From: Lama guanicoe | Lineage: Eukaryota | Assembly: GCA_013239625.1 (NCBI GenBank) | Contig: MU054187.1 | Coordinates: 24,244,433-24,308,432 of the forward strand | DNA length: 64,000 nt | Direction: 5' to 3' | In this document: positions 39,452-53,250 of the stretch, one piece after another | Layout: the number at the start of each line of letters is the position of its first letter | How positions within the stretch are numbered: the stretch's first letter is position 1 | Made by a program: the position numbers and the translations under genes | The notes under the pieces: generated by a model | The model's database searches: none | What the model was told of the DNA's origin: nothing | What the model saw: the letters and a program-made list of their open reading frames with translations, nothing else

Positions 39452-39843
39452 TATATTAATTTTTTAGGGCTGCCATAACAAAGCATAATAGACTGGGAGG
39501 CTTAAATGACAGAAATTTGTTTCTACGTAGTTCTGAAGGCCAAAAATCTGAAATCAAGGTGGGAATAAGACTGGTTTCTTGTGAGGGCCTCTCTCCTTGG
39601 CTTGTAGCTAGCCTTCTTCCTCCACTGCCTCCACATGGTATTCTCTCTGTGTCTGTGTCCTAATCTCTTCCTTTTATAAGGACACCATTAATACTGAATT
39701 TGGACCCATCAACATGACCTTATTTTACCTTAAATACCTCTTTAGAGGACTTATCTCCAGATAATAGTCACATTCTGAGGTGGTAGGAGTTAGGACTTCA
39801 ACATATAAATTTTGAAAGGGTACATATAATTCAGCCCATAGCA
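39452..39843 (-). mobile_element. MLT1A/B-like MaLR solo LTR
   Basis: agggctgccataacaaag...ggcttaaatgacagaaattt...gaaatcaaggt...taggacttcaacatataaatttt...ttcagcccatagca. Confidence 0.88.
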
Positions 39844-40196
39844 TCACATCTGTTTTTAAAAATCTCATATTTGCTTATTTAAAAAAAAAACATGGAAATC
39901 TAATTCACATACTATAAAATTCACCTTTTAAAGTGCACAATTGTATTTCATAGGACTCTTTGGGATGGAAGTCTGCATATATTTGCTTCCAGGAAGAAGC
40001 CTGTGACTTCTCTATCTTTTTAAGTACAAATGTATGGAACTCTAGCAGCCTTCATAAAATGATACGAATAATTTAGCTGAGACTCTGGTGAAAGTGGGAG
40101 GGCACTGTTTTTTTCAGAATTGAATAAAATTTTTATACACTCACCCAATTTCAAAATTGTAAACTCTTCAATTTTATACCTTTAATTTCTTACCTC

Positions 40197-40579
40197 TGTA
40201 ACCCAATAGTTTATTTAAACCTTAAAATTCAAGTATATTTGAGTTTATTTTCCAACTTAACCACCAATTGTTTAAATAATGGTAGGTTATGGCCAAGAAC
40301 CTGCCCATCCCTAATGTCCTTCCATGACAGGAAGATGGCACCTGAGCAGCTTTCTTCCAGGAGGAAGTACAGTGGGTCATGTCTTGACACTGGGTGAAAG
40401 CGGAGATGAACACTAAGGGCCCAAGGCATTTGTCCTATAGGTCATTATCTTTCCAACTAGAACACTCCTTTGTTAAAATTCAGTTTTCTCCCTACTTACT
40501 CCCTATGTGGCTGATCTGGAAAAGTTTCCTGTTCTTCTGAATGATAAAACTTGTTTTTTCTGTAATAAAAGAAGTAACA
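40197..40579 (+). mobile_element. Probable old ERV1-type solo LTR (LTR37-like)
   Basis: Starts tgtaacc, has AATAAA near the end and finishes gtaaca. Internal aataatggtaggttatggccaagaac recalls LTR37. No clear TSD. Confidence 0.45.
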
Positions 40580-43010
40580 TATACTATCCCCAACAGAAAA
40601 TCAGAAAGACTCTATCTCCCCTCATCACACATACACACAGAGAAAGAGAAAGAGAGATTTATACATTTATGGAGGATAAATATTCAGCCTACACAAAGAG
40701 TATAATCTTTTAAAGAAAAATAGGAACATTACATCCATCTGTAATAAAGTATAAAGCCTGATTTTTAAAATGCAATATATACTTTACATTTGCTATTTCC
40801 TATTACTAATCACACTATTTCCATATCTGATAACACTTTGCAGAAAAAAAAATTCCAAGTAAGTTGCTTTTACCAGAAAACTAGTCACATCAGAATTTTA
40901 TTGATAGCAAAATATATTACTGTAATAAAGCAGGATTGCCTTTTTCTTGGTCTAGAAACAAGCTCTTATATAGCAGCATGCCAGCTAATATTTCTTTGTG
41001 TTTTTCTGCATGCTCTTTGTATCCATGTGTCAGTAAAAATGGACACTTAAACAGTGCTATTTTCCTTGCTGGCATCATTGATCCAAAAGCCCACTGAAGT
41101 CAACAGGATTTTGTCTTTAGCAGAAATGTTGCAAAGTTGCACTTAAACTATCTCCATAGGAAAGTACAGGCACAAAAAAATTGCTTTTAACTGGCCCAAA
41201 AAGCTCTGTGACTGTCAAACAGTCAGCCTATTTTATTTTAGAGTATAGTAGAAGTTTCACTAAGCTTTAAAGTGGATTTAGCACATGGTGAGTAATGCTT
41301 AAACAGTGCTAGCCAAAAAATGACTTGTCTGGTTGATATGTAATGTTCCTTCCCTTTTTTGAAATATTAATTTTCTTTAGTTCCAGGTCAACTTAGTTCC
41401 TTTAAAATACTAATAAATAGCTTCCTGGCATCTCTGGTGAGGAAATCACAGTGAACCTCCCCTGGAGCTTTTCTTCACTGATTGCCAAGGCAGATCTAAT
41501 CACTCTACAGACCTTCCTTCAGATTCAGGACAGAAGCAAATGTGTCTCTACACGGGACACTAGTCAGAGTAGCAAGCATTTCTTCTGATCTGACTAATCA
41601 TCATGGTGAGGGTGAAGGAGAAAAATATGAAATATTTAGAGACACTTCCTAAAGGCTGAGGTCTTAGTCCTTCAATGAATCCCCGGAAATTCTATCATCT
41701 CAAAAAAAAAAAAGAAGTTCAAGAATGTCTCACTTGGATCAGCCAGGACAGACAGGGAGCTTCAGAGGCTCAGAGGAGAGGGAAGCAGCTAGTTTGCAAC
41801 AAGCAGAATAGAGAGGGACCAGCACAGAGGGTTTGTGCCGCCTCCCAGCACTCACCAGTCCCAGACATGCAATCTGCTGCTGCACACAGGGACTGGGTAC
41901 TGAAACTCAAGCTTCAGAGGATAAACTCAGGGAGAGGACTAGGGTTACTTGTGCAGAGACAGCTTGAAGAGGCAGGAAAGTGGTATGGACCACAACTAGG
42001 AGTGTGTGCAACAGAGCCCAGGTCTGTCATAAATACTCCATTGTTAATATGCCTTAAGGAAGGGGCAAGACCCTACCTTAGCAACCTAACTTCTTGATGT
42101 GCTCACAGCAGGCACAGCTCTGAGGACATGCAAGCTCCATCAGGGTGCCCCCAAGCAGAGGTGGGGCTGAAGTCTGAGCTCATTCCCTGGGGCCATGGGA
42201 GAAAATGGGGCTGAAATCTGAGCTGTGTCCCAGGCAGGCTTAATGGACTTACACCTCTGATGTAACTGAGTGCCTGAAGGGCATCTGAGCAGGTTGCTGG
42301 TGTGCAGCCAGGGTAGGTCCAGCATTAGGAACCCTAGGCTTTGTGGGCATGTGCACACAGAGGCAGGGCTAGGCTCTGGGCCGAATCCACAGCTCCCATG
42401 GTGAATCCAGCTGCATGACTACCTGTGACAATGGCTGGTCCTGGTGCCTGACTTCAATGGATCTGTCCTGGTGACTTTGTGAACACAGTGACTGAAGGAT
42501 ACCCTGGCAGATTACCTACATTCCCATCTCTGAGGTGGATCCAATGCCAACAGCAGTGTGCCTTGTGAGCCCACACAGTGGCTGACAAGCATTACCACAG
42601 AGTAGACTTCCCTCTGCACAGCTTCTATGATTAATACTCAGGGGCTCCTCTCCCAGTGGAAGCATCACAGTTTCACCTATCTCACACTGCAGCTCAGAAA
42701 CAGATCTAGGGGCTTGTAATCCAACAACTGGGGAGCAGACTGTACAACCACAAAGGAAAGAGGAGGCCCTGCTCAAGGTCCACTGCCAGCTCTGGTCACC
42801 ACAACACTGATCAACCCCCTTTCAAAGGGATAACAGCCAGCACACGTGGAGGAAAGATGTAGCAGCCATACATACCAGAAACAACCCTCACAACAAAAAT
42901 ATTAGACTCATACAAACTACACAAAGAGGCTCCCACATAAAAACAGCCCTTTAAGATCACAGTAGGTAACTGTTACTTGTCATTCATAGACTCAGAGAAA
43001 TATAAGTAAA

Positions 43011-43890
43011 ATGAAGCAGCAGAGGAACCATTCCCAAATGAAAGAACAAGAAAAATCCCTTGAAAGAAAAAGCAATGAAACAGACCTCTCCAGTCTACCA
43101 GAGCCCAAGTTCAAAAAGGAGATGATAAAAATACTGAAGGACTTAAGAAAGGCCATCAGTAGAAATGCAGATCACTGTAACAAGAAACTGGAAACTATAA
43201 AGAGGAGCCAAATAAAATTAGAAACTTCATTTGCTGAGATAGAAGTTGAGCTAAAGGCAATAAATAGCAAACTAAATAATGCAGAAGAATTAATAAGAGA
43301 TATGAAAGACAGAATAATGGAAATCACCCAATCAGAACAGCAGACAGACAAAGGAAAAAAATGAAAGCAATTTAAGAGACCTATGGGATAATATAAAGTG
43401 TGCCAATCTATACTTAATAGGTTTCCAGAAGTAGAAGGAAGAAAAATAGGGGTCAAAAATGTATTTTAAGAAATTATGACTGAAAACTTCCCAAATCTGA
43501 GAAAGAAAACAAATATCCAAGGACAGGAAGCACAGAGGGTTGCAAGCAAGATAAATTCAAACAGACCTATACCAAGACAAATTATAATTAAAATGACAAA
43601 ATTTAAAGATAAAGAGAGGGCTCTAAAGGTAGCAAGAGAAAAATAGTTAGTTACAAGGGAACCCCCATACTGCTATCAGTGGATTTCTTTACAGAAAGGT
43701 TGCAGGACAGAAGGAAGTGGCAAAATATATTCAAAGTTCTGAAAGGAAAAAAACCTGCAACCTAGGAGACTCTACAAAACAAGATTATCATATGAATAAG
43801 AGAGAAAAGACTATCTCAGGTAAGCATAAACTAAAAGAATACAGCAATACTTAACCTATCCCAAAAGAAACTTGGAAAGATCTTCTCTAA
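43011..43890 (+). pseudogene. L1 ORF1p, frameshifted
   Basis: Coiled-coil ORF 43011-43364, then frameshifted RRM/CTD motifs (acaagggaacccccata, YKGTPI-like). Ends cttctctaa. Confidence 0.9.
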
Positions 43891-44219
43891 ATAGAAAAGA
43901 AGCAAGAATCTATAGAAAAGAGAAAACCACAATTGGAAATGTGATGATAACTAAAATGGACAGCAAAAGAATAAACATTAAGGTGTAAAACAGAGCATCA
44001 AAATCATAAACTATAAGGGAGGGGAGTAAGAAAATGTCGATTTTTTAAAAATGGGATTTAGCCTCTCTGACTATCAGTCTAAAGCAAACAGATAAAGTAA
44101 TGGGTTAACCTACTTCAAAAACAGGGTAGCTATAAATCAAAAGCATACAATAGAGTCACAAAAACCGAAAAGAAGAGAACTCAGTCACAATAAAATAAAA
44201 TAAAATAAAATCATCAAAA

Positions 44220-44241
44220 CACACACACACACACACACACA
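44220..44241 (+). repeat. (AC)n microsatellite in the L1 inter-ORF spacer
   Basis: acacacac run. A (TAAAA)4 tract lies just upstream at ~44191-44210. Confidence 0.9.
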
Positions 44242-44299
44242 AAACAAAAAGAAAGGAAAAAAGAAAAAATATAAAATCAATTGGAAAATAAAGTTTAGA

Positions 44300-47200
44300 A
44301 TGGTTGTAAATATATCTCTATCAATAATTACCTTAAATGTCAATGAACTAAATGCTCTAATCAAATGATATAGTGTAGCAGATTGGATTATAAATTAGGA
44401 GTCTATAATATACTGCCTACAAGACACCCACATTAGGGTGAAGGACACACATAGATTGAAAGTGAGAAAATGGAAAAGATATTTCATACAAATAGAAATG
44501 ACAAGAAAGCAGGCGTGGCAATACTTGTATCAGACAAAATCGCCTTTAAAACAAAGGCCATAAAGTGAGATAAATAAGAACACTATATAATGATAAAAGG
44601 ATCAATACAAAAAGAGGATATTACACTTATTAACATACATGCACCCAACACAGGAACACCTAAATACATATACAAATACTAACATAAAGAGAGAAACTGA
44701 TGGGAACATAGAAGCAGTCCCACTGACATTAATGGACAGGTCTTCCAGACAAAAAACCAATAAGGCAACAGAGATGCTAACTGACACAACAGAAAAGTTA
44801 GATTTAATTATGTTTTCAGAAAATTACATTAAAATTTTTAAAAATAAGAATATACATTATTTTCAAGTGTACATGGAACATTCCCTAGGATAGACAACAT
44901 CCTAAGGCACAAAACAAGCATCAACCAATTTAAGAGGAAAGAAATTATCTCAAGCATCTCTTCTGAACACAGTGGCATAAAACTAGAAATCAACCACAGA
45001 AAGGAAAACAAGGAAAAAGAAAAAAAATGCATGAGAATACACAACATGCTACTAAAAAACCAATGGGCCAATGATAAAATCAAAGAGAAAATTAAAAAAT
45101 AATTGAGACAAATGACAATGAAAACACAGCCATACAAAATCTATGGGACTCAATAAAACCAGTTCTAAGAGAGAAGTTTTACTGATACAAGCCTTTCTCA
45201 AAAAAACAAAACAAAACAAAACAAAATTTCAAATAAAGAACCTAACCTACCTCCTAAAAGAATTAGAAAAAGAAGAACAAACAAAACCTAAAGTCAACAG
45301 GAGAAAAGAAATAATAAAGATCATAGAGGAAATAAATAAAATAAAGATTATTTAAATAATAGGAAAAAAAACAAACCAAGAGCTGGCGTTTTGAATGCGC
45401 AAACAAAATTGACAAACCTCTGGCCAGGCTCACCAAGAAGAAAAGAGAGTGAATCCAAACAAACAAAATAAGTAATAAAAAAGGAGAAATAACAACTGAC
45501 ATGACAGAGATACAAAAATCATAAGAATATTATGAGAACACTATGCCAACAAATTAGACAAAATAGAAAAAATAAACCAGTTCCTAGAAACATACAGTCC
45601 ATAAAAATTGAATCAAGAGGAAATGCATAATTTGAACAGACCAATCACTAGAAGTGAAATAAACTCAGTAATAAAAATACTCCCTGCAAACAAAAGTCCA
45701 GGACTGGGTGGCTTCACTAGGGAATTCTACCAAATATACAGAGAAGAACTTACACCGATCCTTCTCAAACTCTTCCAAAAGATTGAAGAGGAGAGAACAC
45801 TCCCACTCACTCTGTGACGCCACCATGACCCTGATACCAAAACCTGACAAAGACAATACCAAAAAGGAAAATAACAGGCCAATATCTTCTATAAATATAG
45901 ATGCAAAAATTCTTAACAATATAGTAGCATACCAAATCCAGCAACACATAAAAAATATAATAAACTATAATCAAGCTGGATTCATCCCATGATCATAAGC
46001 ACAGTTCAACATATGCAAATCAATTAATGTGAAACACCATATCAACAAAAGAAAGAACAAAACCACGTGATTATCTCAATAGATGCAGGAAAAAATTTTT
46101 GATAAAATTCAAATTAATTCATAATAAAAACTCTTACCAAAGTGCATATAGAGGGAATATATCTCAACATATTAAAAGCTACACTTAAATCTGGAACAAG
46201 AAAAGGATGCCCACACTCACCACTTATATTCAACATATTATTGAATGTACTAGCCACAGTAATAGGACAAGAAAAAGAAGTAAAAGGGATCCAAATTGGA
46301 AGGGAAGATTTTAAATTGTCACTATGTGCAGATGACATGATACTATACATAGAAAACCCAAAAGAATCCATATAAAAGCTACTAGAAATAATAAATAAAT
46401 TTGGCAAGGTAGCAGGACAAGATTAACTTACAGAAATCTGCTGTATTTCTTTACGCTAACGAGGAAATACCAGAAAAGGAAAGTAAAAAAATAAACCCTG
46501 TCAAAGTTGCATCAAAAAATAAAACACTTAGGAATAATCCTGACAAAGGAAGTGGAAGACTTATATGCTGAGAACTACAAAACATCGATAAAGAAAACTG
46601 AACATGATTCAGAGAAATGGAACGATATCCTATGCTATTGAATTCTAAGAATTAATACTGTTAAAATGGCCATATTACCCAAAGTATTCTACAAATTTAA
46701 TGTGATCCCTGTCAAATTACTCATAACATTTTTCACAGAACTAGAACAAATAATCCTAAAATTTACATAGAATTTCAAAATACTCAGAGTTGTCAAAGAA
46801 ATACTGAGGAAAATTAAAATACCTGGAAGCTTAACTCTCCCAGACTTCAGACAATATTATAAGAGCTATAAATAATCAAAACAGTATGGCATTGGCACAA
46901 AAATGGACATACGGAAAAATGGAGCAGAATACAGAACTCAGAAATAAACCCACACACCTACCTACTGTCAATTAGTCTTTGACAAAGGAGGCAAGAATGG
47001 AGATCAGACAGTCTCTTCAGCAGGTGGAGAGCCACATGTAAATCAAAGAATTTAGAACCTCCCATCACATCATACACAAAAAATAAACTCAAAATGGCTT
47101 AAAGACTTAAACACAAGACAGGACACCATAAATCTGGAATAGAGCATAGGCAAAACATTCTTCAACATAAATCATAGCAATGTTTTCCTAGGGCAGTCTT

Positions 47201-47835
47201 TTAAGGCAATAGAAATAAAAGTAAAACTAAACAAATAGGACCCAATCAAACTTATAAGCCTTTTTACAGGAAAGAAAACCATAAACAAAATTAAAAGACA
47301 ACCTATAGACTGGGAGAAAATTTTCAAATGATGTAACTTACAAGGGCTTAATTTCCAGAGTATACAAACAGCTCATACAACTCAGTAACAATAAAAACAA
47401 AAATTTTAAATGCAGAAGACTTAGACATTTCTCCAAAGAAGACATTCTGATGGTCATGAAAAAAGGCTCAATATCAATATTATCAGAAAAATGCAAATCA
47501 AAACTATAGTGAGTTATCACCTCACACAGGTCAGAAAAGCCATCATTAAAAAGTCACAAACAGAAAATCCTGGAGAGGGTGTGGAGAAAATGGAACACTC
47601 CTACACTGTTGCTTGGAATGCAATTCAGTGCAACCACTATGGAAAACAGTATGGAGAATCCTTGTAAAATTAAAAATAGACTTACTATATGATCCAGCAA
47701 TCCCACTACTGGGCATATATCTGAAGAAAACTAATTTGAAAAGATACATGCACCCCAATGTGTATAGCAGCACTATGTACACAATAGCCAAGATGTGGAA
47801 ACAACCTAAATGTCCACTGACACATGACTGACTGG

Positions 47836-47880
<45 letters not shown>

Positions 47881-48101
47881 TAGATATATATATAAATATA
47901 GATATATAGATATATAGATATATATAGATAGATATAGATATAGATATAGATATAAAATGGAATACTATTCAGCCATAAAAAATAATGATATAATGCCATT
48001 TGCAGCAACATGGATGAACCTAAAGATTTATCATACTAAATGAAGTCAGTCAGAAAGTGAAAGACATATATTATATGCTATCACTTACATGTGGAATCTA
48101 A
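44300..48101 (+). pseudogene. L1 ORF2p (endonuclease/reverse transcriptase), many stops and frameshifts
   Basis: Start MVVNISLSIITLNVN. Fragments [23 protein letters not shown]...[24 protein letters not shown]...[25 protein letters not shown]. Confidence 0.92.
47837..47954 (+). repeat. (GATA)11 followed by a compound GATATA/TA microsatellite
   Basis: Direct reading. Confidence 0.97.
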
Positions 48102-49819
48102 GTATGATACAAATGAATTTATTTATAAAACAGAAACAGACTCACAGACATAGGAAACAAACTTATGGTTATCAAAGGGAAAAGGTGGGGAGGAGGGATT
48201 AATTAGGTATTTGGGATTAGCAGATATAAACTACCATATATAAAATAGACAAACAACAAGTTCCTACTGTATAGCACAGGGAAATATATTCAATATTTTT
48301 AATAACCTATAATGAAAAAATATATATGAAAAAGAATATATATATATATAACTGAATCACTATGCTGTACATCAGAAATTAACACAACATTGTAAATCAA
48401 CTATACTTCAATAAAAATTTTTTTAAAATTTTTTTAAAAGACTGTTTCACTTGGGCATTCAGGCTGTAAAATTAGACATGCGCTATTTTTTTTCCTCCTT
48501 TGGAAAGCTTTTATTTTCTTTCTGTCCCGGTGTCCTAATCTGTAAACCACCTTTCAAGATTGCTTTGACTATTAAATTCAATGAGACTTCAGAAATGTTT
48601 TGTATACAGTGGCTCTCAAAAAACAGTTTTTGTAATTACTTTACCATATGTCTTTGCATATATTGTTCAGAGGCAATTTTCTTTAATGAACAACATCCCA
48701 AATAACAAGTATTGTCACAGTAACATTTGTTTTCCAGAAAGCCGTGAGAATAGGGTAATTAGATATTAAATATGACAGTCATCTTTTAATCTACACAGGC
48801 TGTAGAGAATATCTGAATTTAGAATAACAGACTCAAGAAGGGAGGACTTCTAGTCAAAATAAAACAGAATACAGAAGAAAAGACATTGGAAACTTGATTT
48901 GAGGCAACATTCTCAGTGTAATCATCTAAGTCAAAAGAGAAAGACATTTTCACTTTTTTTAAGCTGAAAACATGTCAACACTATTGCTCATAATGTTGAT
49001 TTATGTATTCAATTCTTCTCTGCTTTGGAAAAAAATGTGTCTTTCTTTATCTCTTTATAATTTTTCTTTCTTTTTTAAATTTTCTTCTTTTATTTACTCA
49101 CTGGTTGCTATGTAAGGCACTGGAGAGTCAGAACTAAATTATGAAGATTCTTAGAGGTAACTTCAGTCTAATAAGGAAGACAGACAAACCTACTTCCTTA
49201 GTGAAGACATACATGTTGTCTTCTACTTTTTGCCTTGGTTTTTATCTATAATTATTTTGCTTTTTTTCCCCCCTAAAGTCTCAGTTTTAAGAAAACAACT
49301 CTCATTCAGTTGTGTTTAAATCAGAGAAAGAATTCAGGGTTACTTATTCAATCATTCAGAGATCACTATCTTAGTGTTTAGTCAAAGGTTAAAATTGGCT
49401 GAGGCTGTCAGGACAAATATTGCTGTTCCAAAGAGCAAACCTCCAAGGACTCTTTTTCAGACGCTGAAGAACAACAACTAAGTTGTCGATGACACCCTCA
49501 GCAACAAACCTACATCCCAGAGGACTCCTGTGCAGGCAAGATGTGAGCACCCCTACTGCATCCGTACTGACTGTTATTTCTGTTGTCAGAGCATTTCTAT
49601 GCATAGAGACCCCACAGCAGTTCATGAGAGGGCTTTGAAAAAAATGTACAATTAACTTTTCTACAGCCTGCTTACATTCTGAATTGTATGCTCAGTAGTT
49701 TTGAAAACAGGCTTTATACCCTTAAAAGTCAATTCCTTTTTATAAGAGAAAGGAGAAGATAACATTCATGAAATGTCTGCCCAGGCATGTATCTTACGAA
49801 GGAAAGTAAAGACCCAGGA

Positions 49820-50147
49820 CAGAGGTCAGCAAACTTGTTCTGTAAATTCAGAACCAAATAGTAGCCATTTTTGGTTTTGCAGGCCCTACTGTGTCTGTCA
49901 CAACTATTTAATTTTGCCATTGCATGAAAGCAACCATAAACAAATGTGGAAACATGCGACCATGCTGGGTTCCAGTAAAACTTTATCGATGCATCCTGAA
50001 AACTCAAATTCCGTATAGTTTTTATGTTACTCTTCTTTTGATCTTTTTTTAAAGCAATCTAAAAAGTACAAATGATTCTTAGTTCAAAGATTGAATAAAA
50101 ACAGGAGGCAGGCCGGATTTGACCACAAACTGTCCTGCCAATCCCTG
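49820..50147 (+). mobile_element. MER58B-like hAT-Charlie MITE
   Basis: cagaggtcagcaaac ... tgccaatccctg TIRs. Internal ttttgcaggcc...gttccagtaaaactttat...aaacaggaggcaggccggatttg. Confidence 0.85.
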
Positions 50148-50800
50148 ATCTGAGATAAAAAGTACTCACCTCATCTGAATCAGAAAAAGGTCCCTATCTT
50201 TTCAGTTCGTTAATACTCTCTTCACTAGATGTCACACCAGTCTGTAACCCCCTAAACTAAGAGAGATGCTGACACGGATGGAAGAACAAAGTCAAGGGAA
50301 AATAGGAAAAATTATGACACTTAGCCAATACGAAAAAAGGGCATGCTTTATAAGTTTCAATACCTGTTTCGATTGGGTAGATACACAGTCACAAGAGCTG
50401 AGTGCAGCTGGACAGGTTTTAATCATATCTTTGAGTTCAATTTAGTCTGGAATCAGGGGGTAGTAGACTGAGACAAGGCGTGCTCCACTAGTATGAACTT
50501 CAGCAGGACTGGCCATACTGAAGTATGATCAAAATACAGAAATTCAGGAACCAGGACCATAACTTGTCACCTCATTGTTGTGCCACCAACATTTCACTCA
50601 TGCTGCTGCCCATTCCTGGAACCTTCTCTATACCTTCATCTTCTCAAGCGCAGATTCCACCCAGGCTTTACAAACCATATTAAAAGTCACCGTTCCATGA
50701 ATCCTTCTCTGTTTCCTCCGTTAGAAGAAAGTTCTCTCTTCTTTCTTCCAAAAATCATCTTATATTCTAGTGGAGACATGTTTACGCACATGTGTTTGCG

Positions 50801-50826
50801 TGTGTGTGTGTGTGTGTGTGTGTGTG
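50801..50826 (+). repeat. (TG)13 microsatellite
   Basis: Direct reading. Confidence 0.97.
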
Positions 50827-51249
50827 ATATGGAAAAGTCTCGTAGCCAGCCACTCATCCCTTGAGAAAGGGAATCCAAGTGAACACCAGAGAGAATTAGT
50901 TCACCCAAGAGAGAAAACGTAGGCTCCAAGCATGAGCTCTGGGTAGATACTAACTAAGCTATAGAAACTGAACTGAGGCCAAAATACTCCAGGGGACTTA
51001 TAGGTTCAGAAATGTTTTATTTAGTCTGGAGGTCTAATCTGCATGTAAGGCATGTAGTGATGGCTCCAGCCAGAGAGGCAACCGGGCTACAGCCATATCT
51101 CCAGAGGTTTTGCTCTTACTCAATAGTGAATAGATGTTATGCAGAGACTACAGTCCTAGGAGCATCCAAGTCATGAAAACTGAGGTTCAGAACAGGGCCC
51201 CCAGGTAAACAGAGCAATATAATCATAATTGCAATGATAAATATAATAT

Positions 51250-51435
51250 AATAATAATTGTGTGTCATAGTTTGAGGGATTGACCATGCCTGACACTAAA
51301 TTAGGTGTTTTAAGTGCATTCACTCATTTAATCCTCAAAACAATCTTATTAAATATGTACTACTATTAGCCCAAATTTATATATGAAGAAATAAATCTTT
51401 CCAAAGCTTGAGTATATATCCCAAAGTTAAATAGA
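51250..51435 (-). mobile_element. MIR SINE
   Basis: ctcatttaatcctcaaaacaatc...tactattagcccaaatttatatatgaagaaa. Confidence 0.7.
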
Positions 51436-52879
51436 TGCACTTGGTGTGCTGGAGAAAGAACCCTAACTCTAGTGTTCCTATAAGCCGGTGGATCAACCAG
51501 GTGAATCAACACAGGAGGAGTTAGTGAAACTTGAATATGTGGTTTTTCTCTGATTCACCAGTTTCCAGGTCCATCTAGAGTAAAGTTTTTCAAAACAATA
51601 TGGAAATACATTAGTTGTGTGATTTGTCCCAAATCTTGGGTATCAGTCTTAATCCTAAACCTTATTGGTAAGAAAGGCTTGGAGCTTGTGGTAAGCAAAT
51701 GAGATTGGCTTAGAAATTACACCAAATACAGCCTGTGTGTTTGTCCAATGGGAGTGTAAAGGCAAGGGAAAAAGACAAAAATTTATAGATGAGATGGGTG
51801 AGGGAAACTAAGCGTTATAGAATGGTTTCCAGATTTCTGGTTTAGATGACAAATAGTAGAGACTTTCAAATGGGAAGGAGTATTGAATGATTTTAAATTT
51901 CTGAAAGATGTCAGATAATATAATGACTAAAAAGTTGACATCAAAGTTTTCAGTTAGAAAGTCATTAGTAACCTTGACTTATATGCTTTTAGTAGAAAAA
52001 TAGAGCCAGAATGAAGAAGTCCAGAGATTATAAAATAGGGGTGTGAATAAGGAATAAAACCCTCTCAGAAAGGAGTCCCAAGACCCCATTCTACCTGCCC
52101 TGTGTCATAGGAAAGGCGACACTCCCCCATGGTGGACACTATTTAAGCAAATATGAGATCCCAAAGGGTTGTTTTTTTTTAATAAAAGCTTTGAGAGCAC
52201 ATAAGCTAACTTATTTTCAGCCTTAAAAGTCTCAGTTTAGATATTGACTCCTCCAAGAAGCCTTTGCTAAGACCCACTCTTGCAAAATTAATCGAGAGTC
52301 CCTTCAGTGCACTCCTACTGCACCATGACTTTACTACATACTATGTTTCATTGAAATATTTTATTTGTTGTCTGCTTCATGAAGGTAACAATATTGTTCC
52401 ATAGTGTTGCTGAGAGAATGGTGCTTGGCCCATAGATCGAGCACTGTATAAACGTCAGGTCCTGATATGATCATCATGGTTATCATCGTGATCCTTGGAT
52501 GAGTCTAAACTGTCGAATTTAGAGACAGAGTTTTATCCACATTATCTAGAATCAGTGTGAGCTTTTGGTAAATATTCATTGAATTAATGAATAAGCATAC
52601 AAACAAATCATTAATTGTCAATTGATTAATAAATAAATTTTGAAATCAATTTTTTGAGATTATTTTCAATTTTTTCCAAAAGGAAGACCAAGCGTATACA
52701 AGACTGAAATGCACAATATCCCTTACGATAACCATAAAATCCCGAAGGGCTTCAAATATCTCTGTGGAAATTAGACAAAAGTAAAAGTAGTCATCAGAAC
52801 TTTTAAATTTATGCCACTAGAACTTAAACCTTATTCTGAGAGAGCTTCTTTCACCGAGTAGAATTTCCATGAGACTACA

Positions 52880-53250
52880 AATCCAAGGGTGATGGTTTGG
52901 TGAATATTTTGGTACATAAATCCTCTGAAGAATAATTTGGCCATATTTATCAGAAGCCTTAAAAATGCAGCAATTCCTTGTTTACATTTCTAGGATGTTT
53001 CTACATACGAGAATAACAATTAAGAACACAAGTGCACATTTGGTTTTAAAGATATTTGACTACATGGGTTGTAATAGTTAAAGACAGCAAACAATATAAA
53101 TGTCAATGATAAGAGATTAATGTGTTTTACATCTGTACAATAAAATATTGGGCAATTATTTAAATTGGTATTTTATACCATGTTTATTACAATGAAAGAT
53201 GTTCATGATACCATAGGCTATAAAACAATATATAGAGCTTAATATCTTTT
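52880..53250 (+). mobile_element. Ancient L1ME-type 3' fragment
   Basis: ggtacataaatcctctgaagaataatttggccatatttatcagaagccttaaaaatgca...gcaattcc...ttctagga. Confidence 0.6.

Larger units (their letters stand above)
41738..48437 (+). mobile_element. Near-full-length decayed LINE-1 (~6.7 kb, first ~0.3 kb of 5'UTR missing)
   Basis: 5'UTR, ORF1, ~410-bp inter-ORF spacer, ORF2, 3'UTR with AATAAA. 17-bp TSD aagaatgtctcacttgg (41721-41737) vs aagactgtttcacttgg (48438-48454). Confidence 0.95.

Noticed and set aside
41738..48437. Active L1
   Set aside because: The 5' end is truncated, both ORFs have many stops and frameshifts, and there is a deletion in the RT region near 46183.
49389..49625. 78-aa minus-strand ORF in non-repeat DNA (likewise 57604-57991)
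   Set aside because: No recognisable domain or convincing exon boundaries, and the length is within chance expectation.
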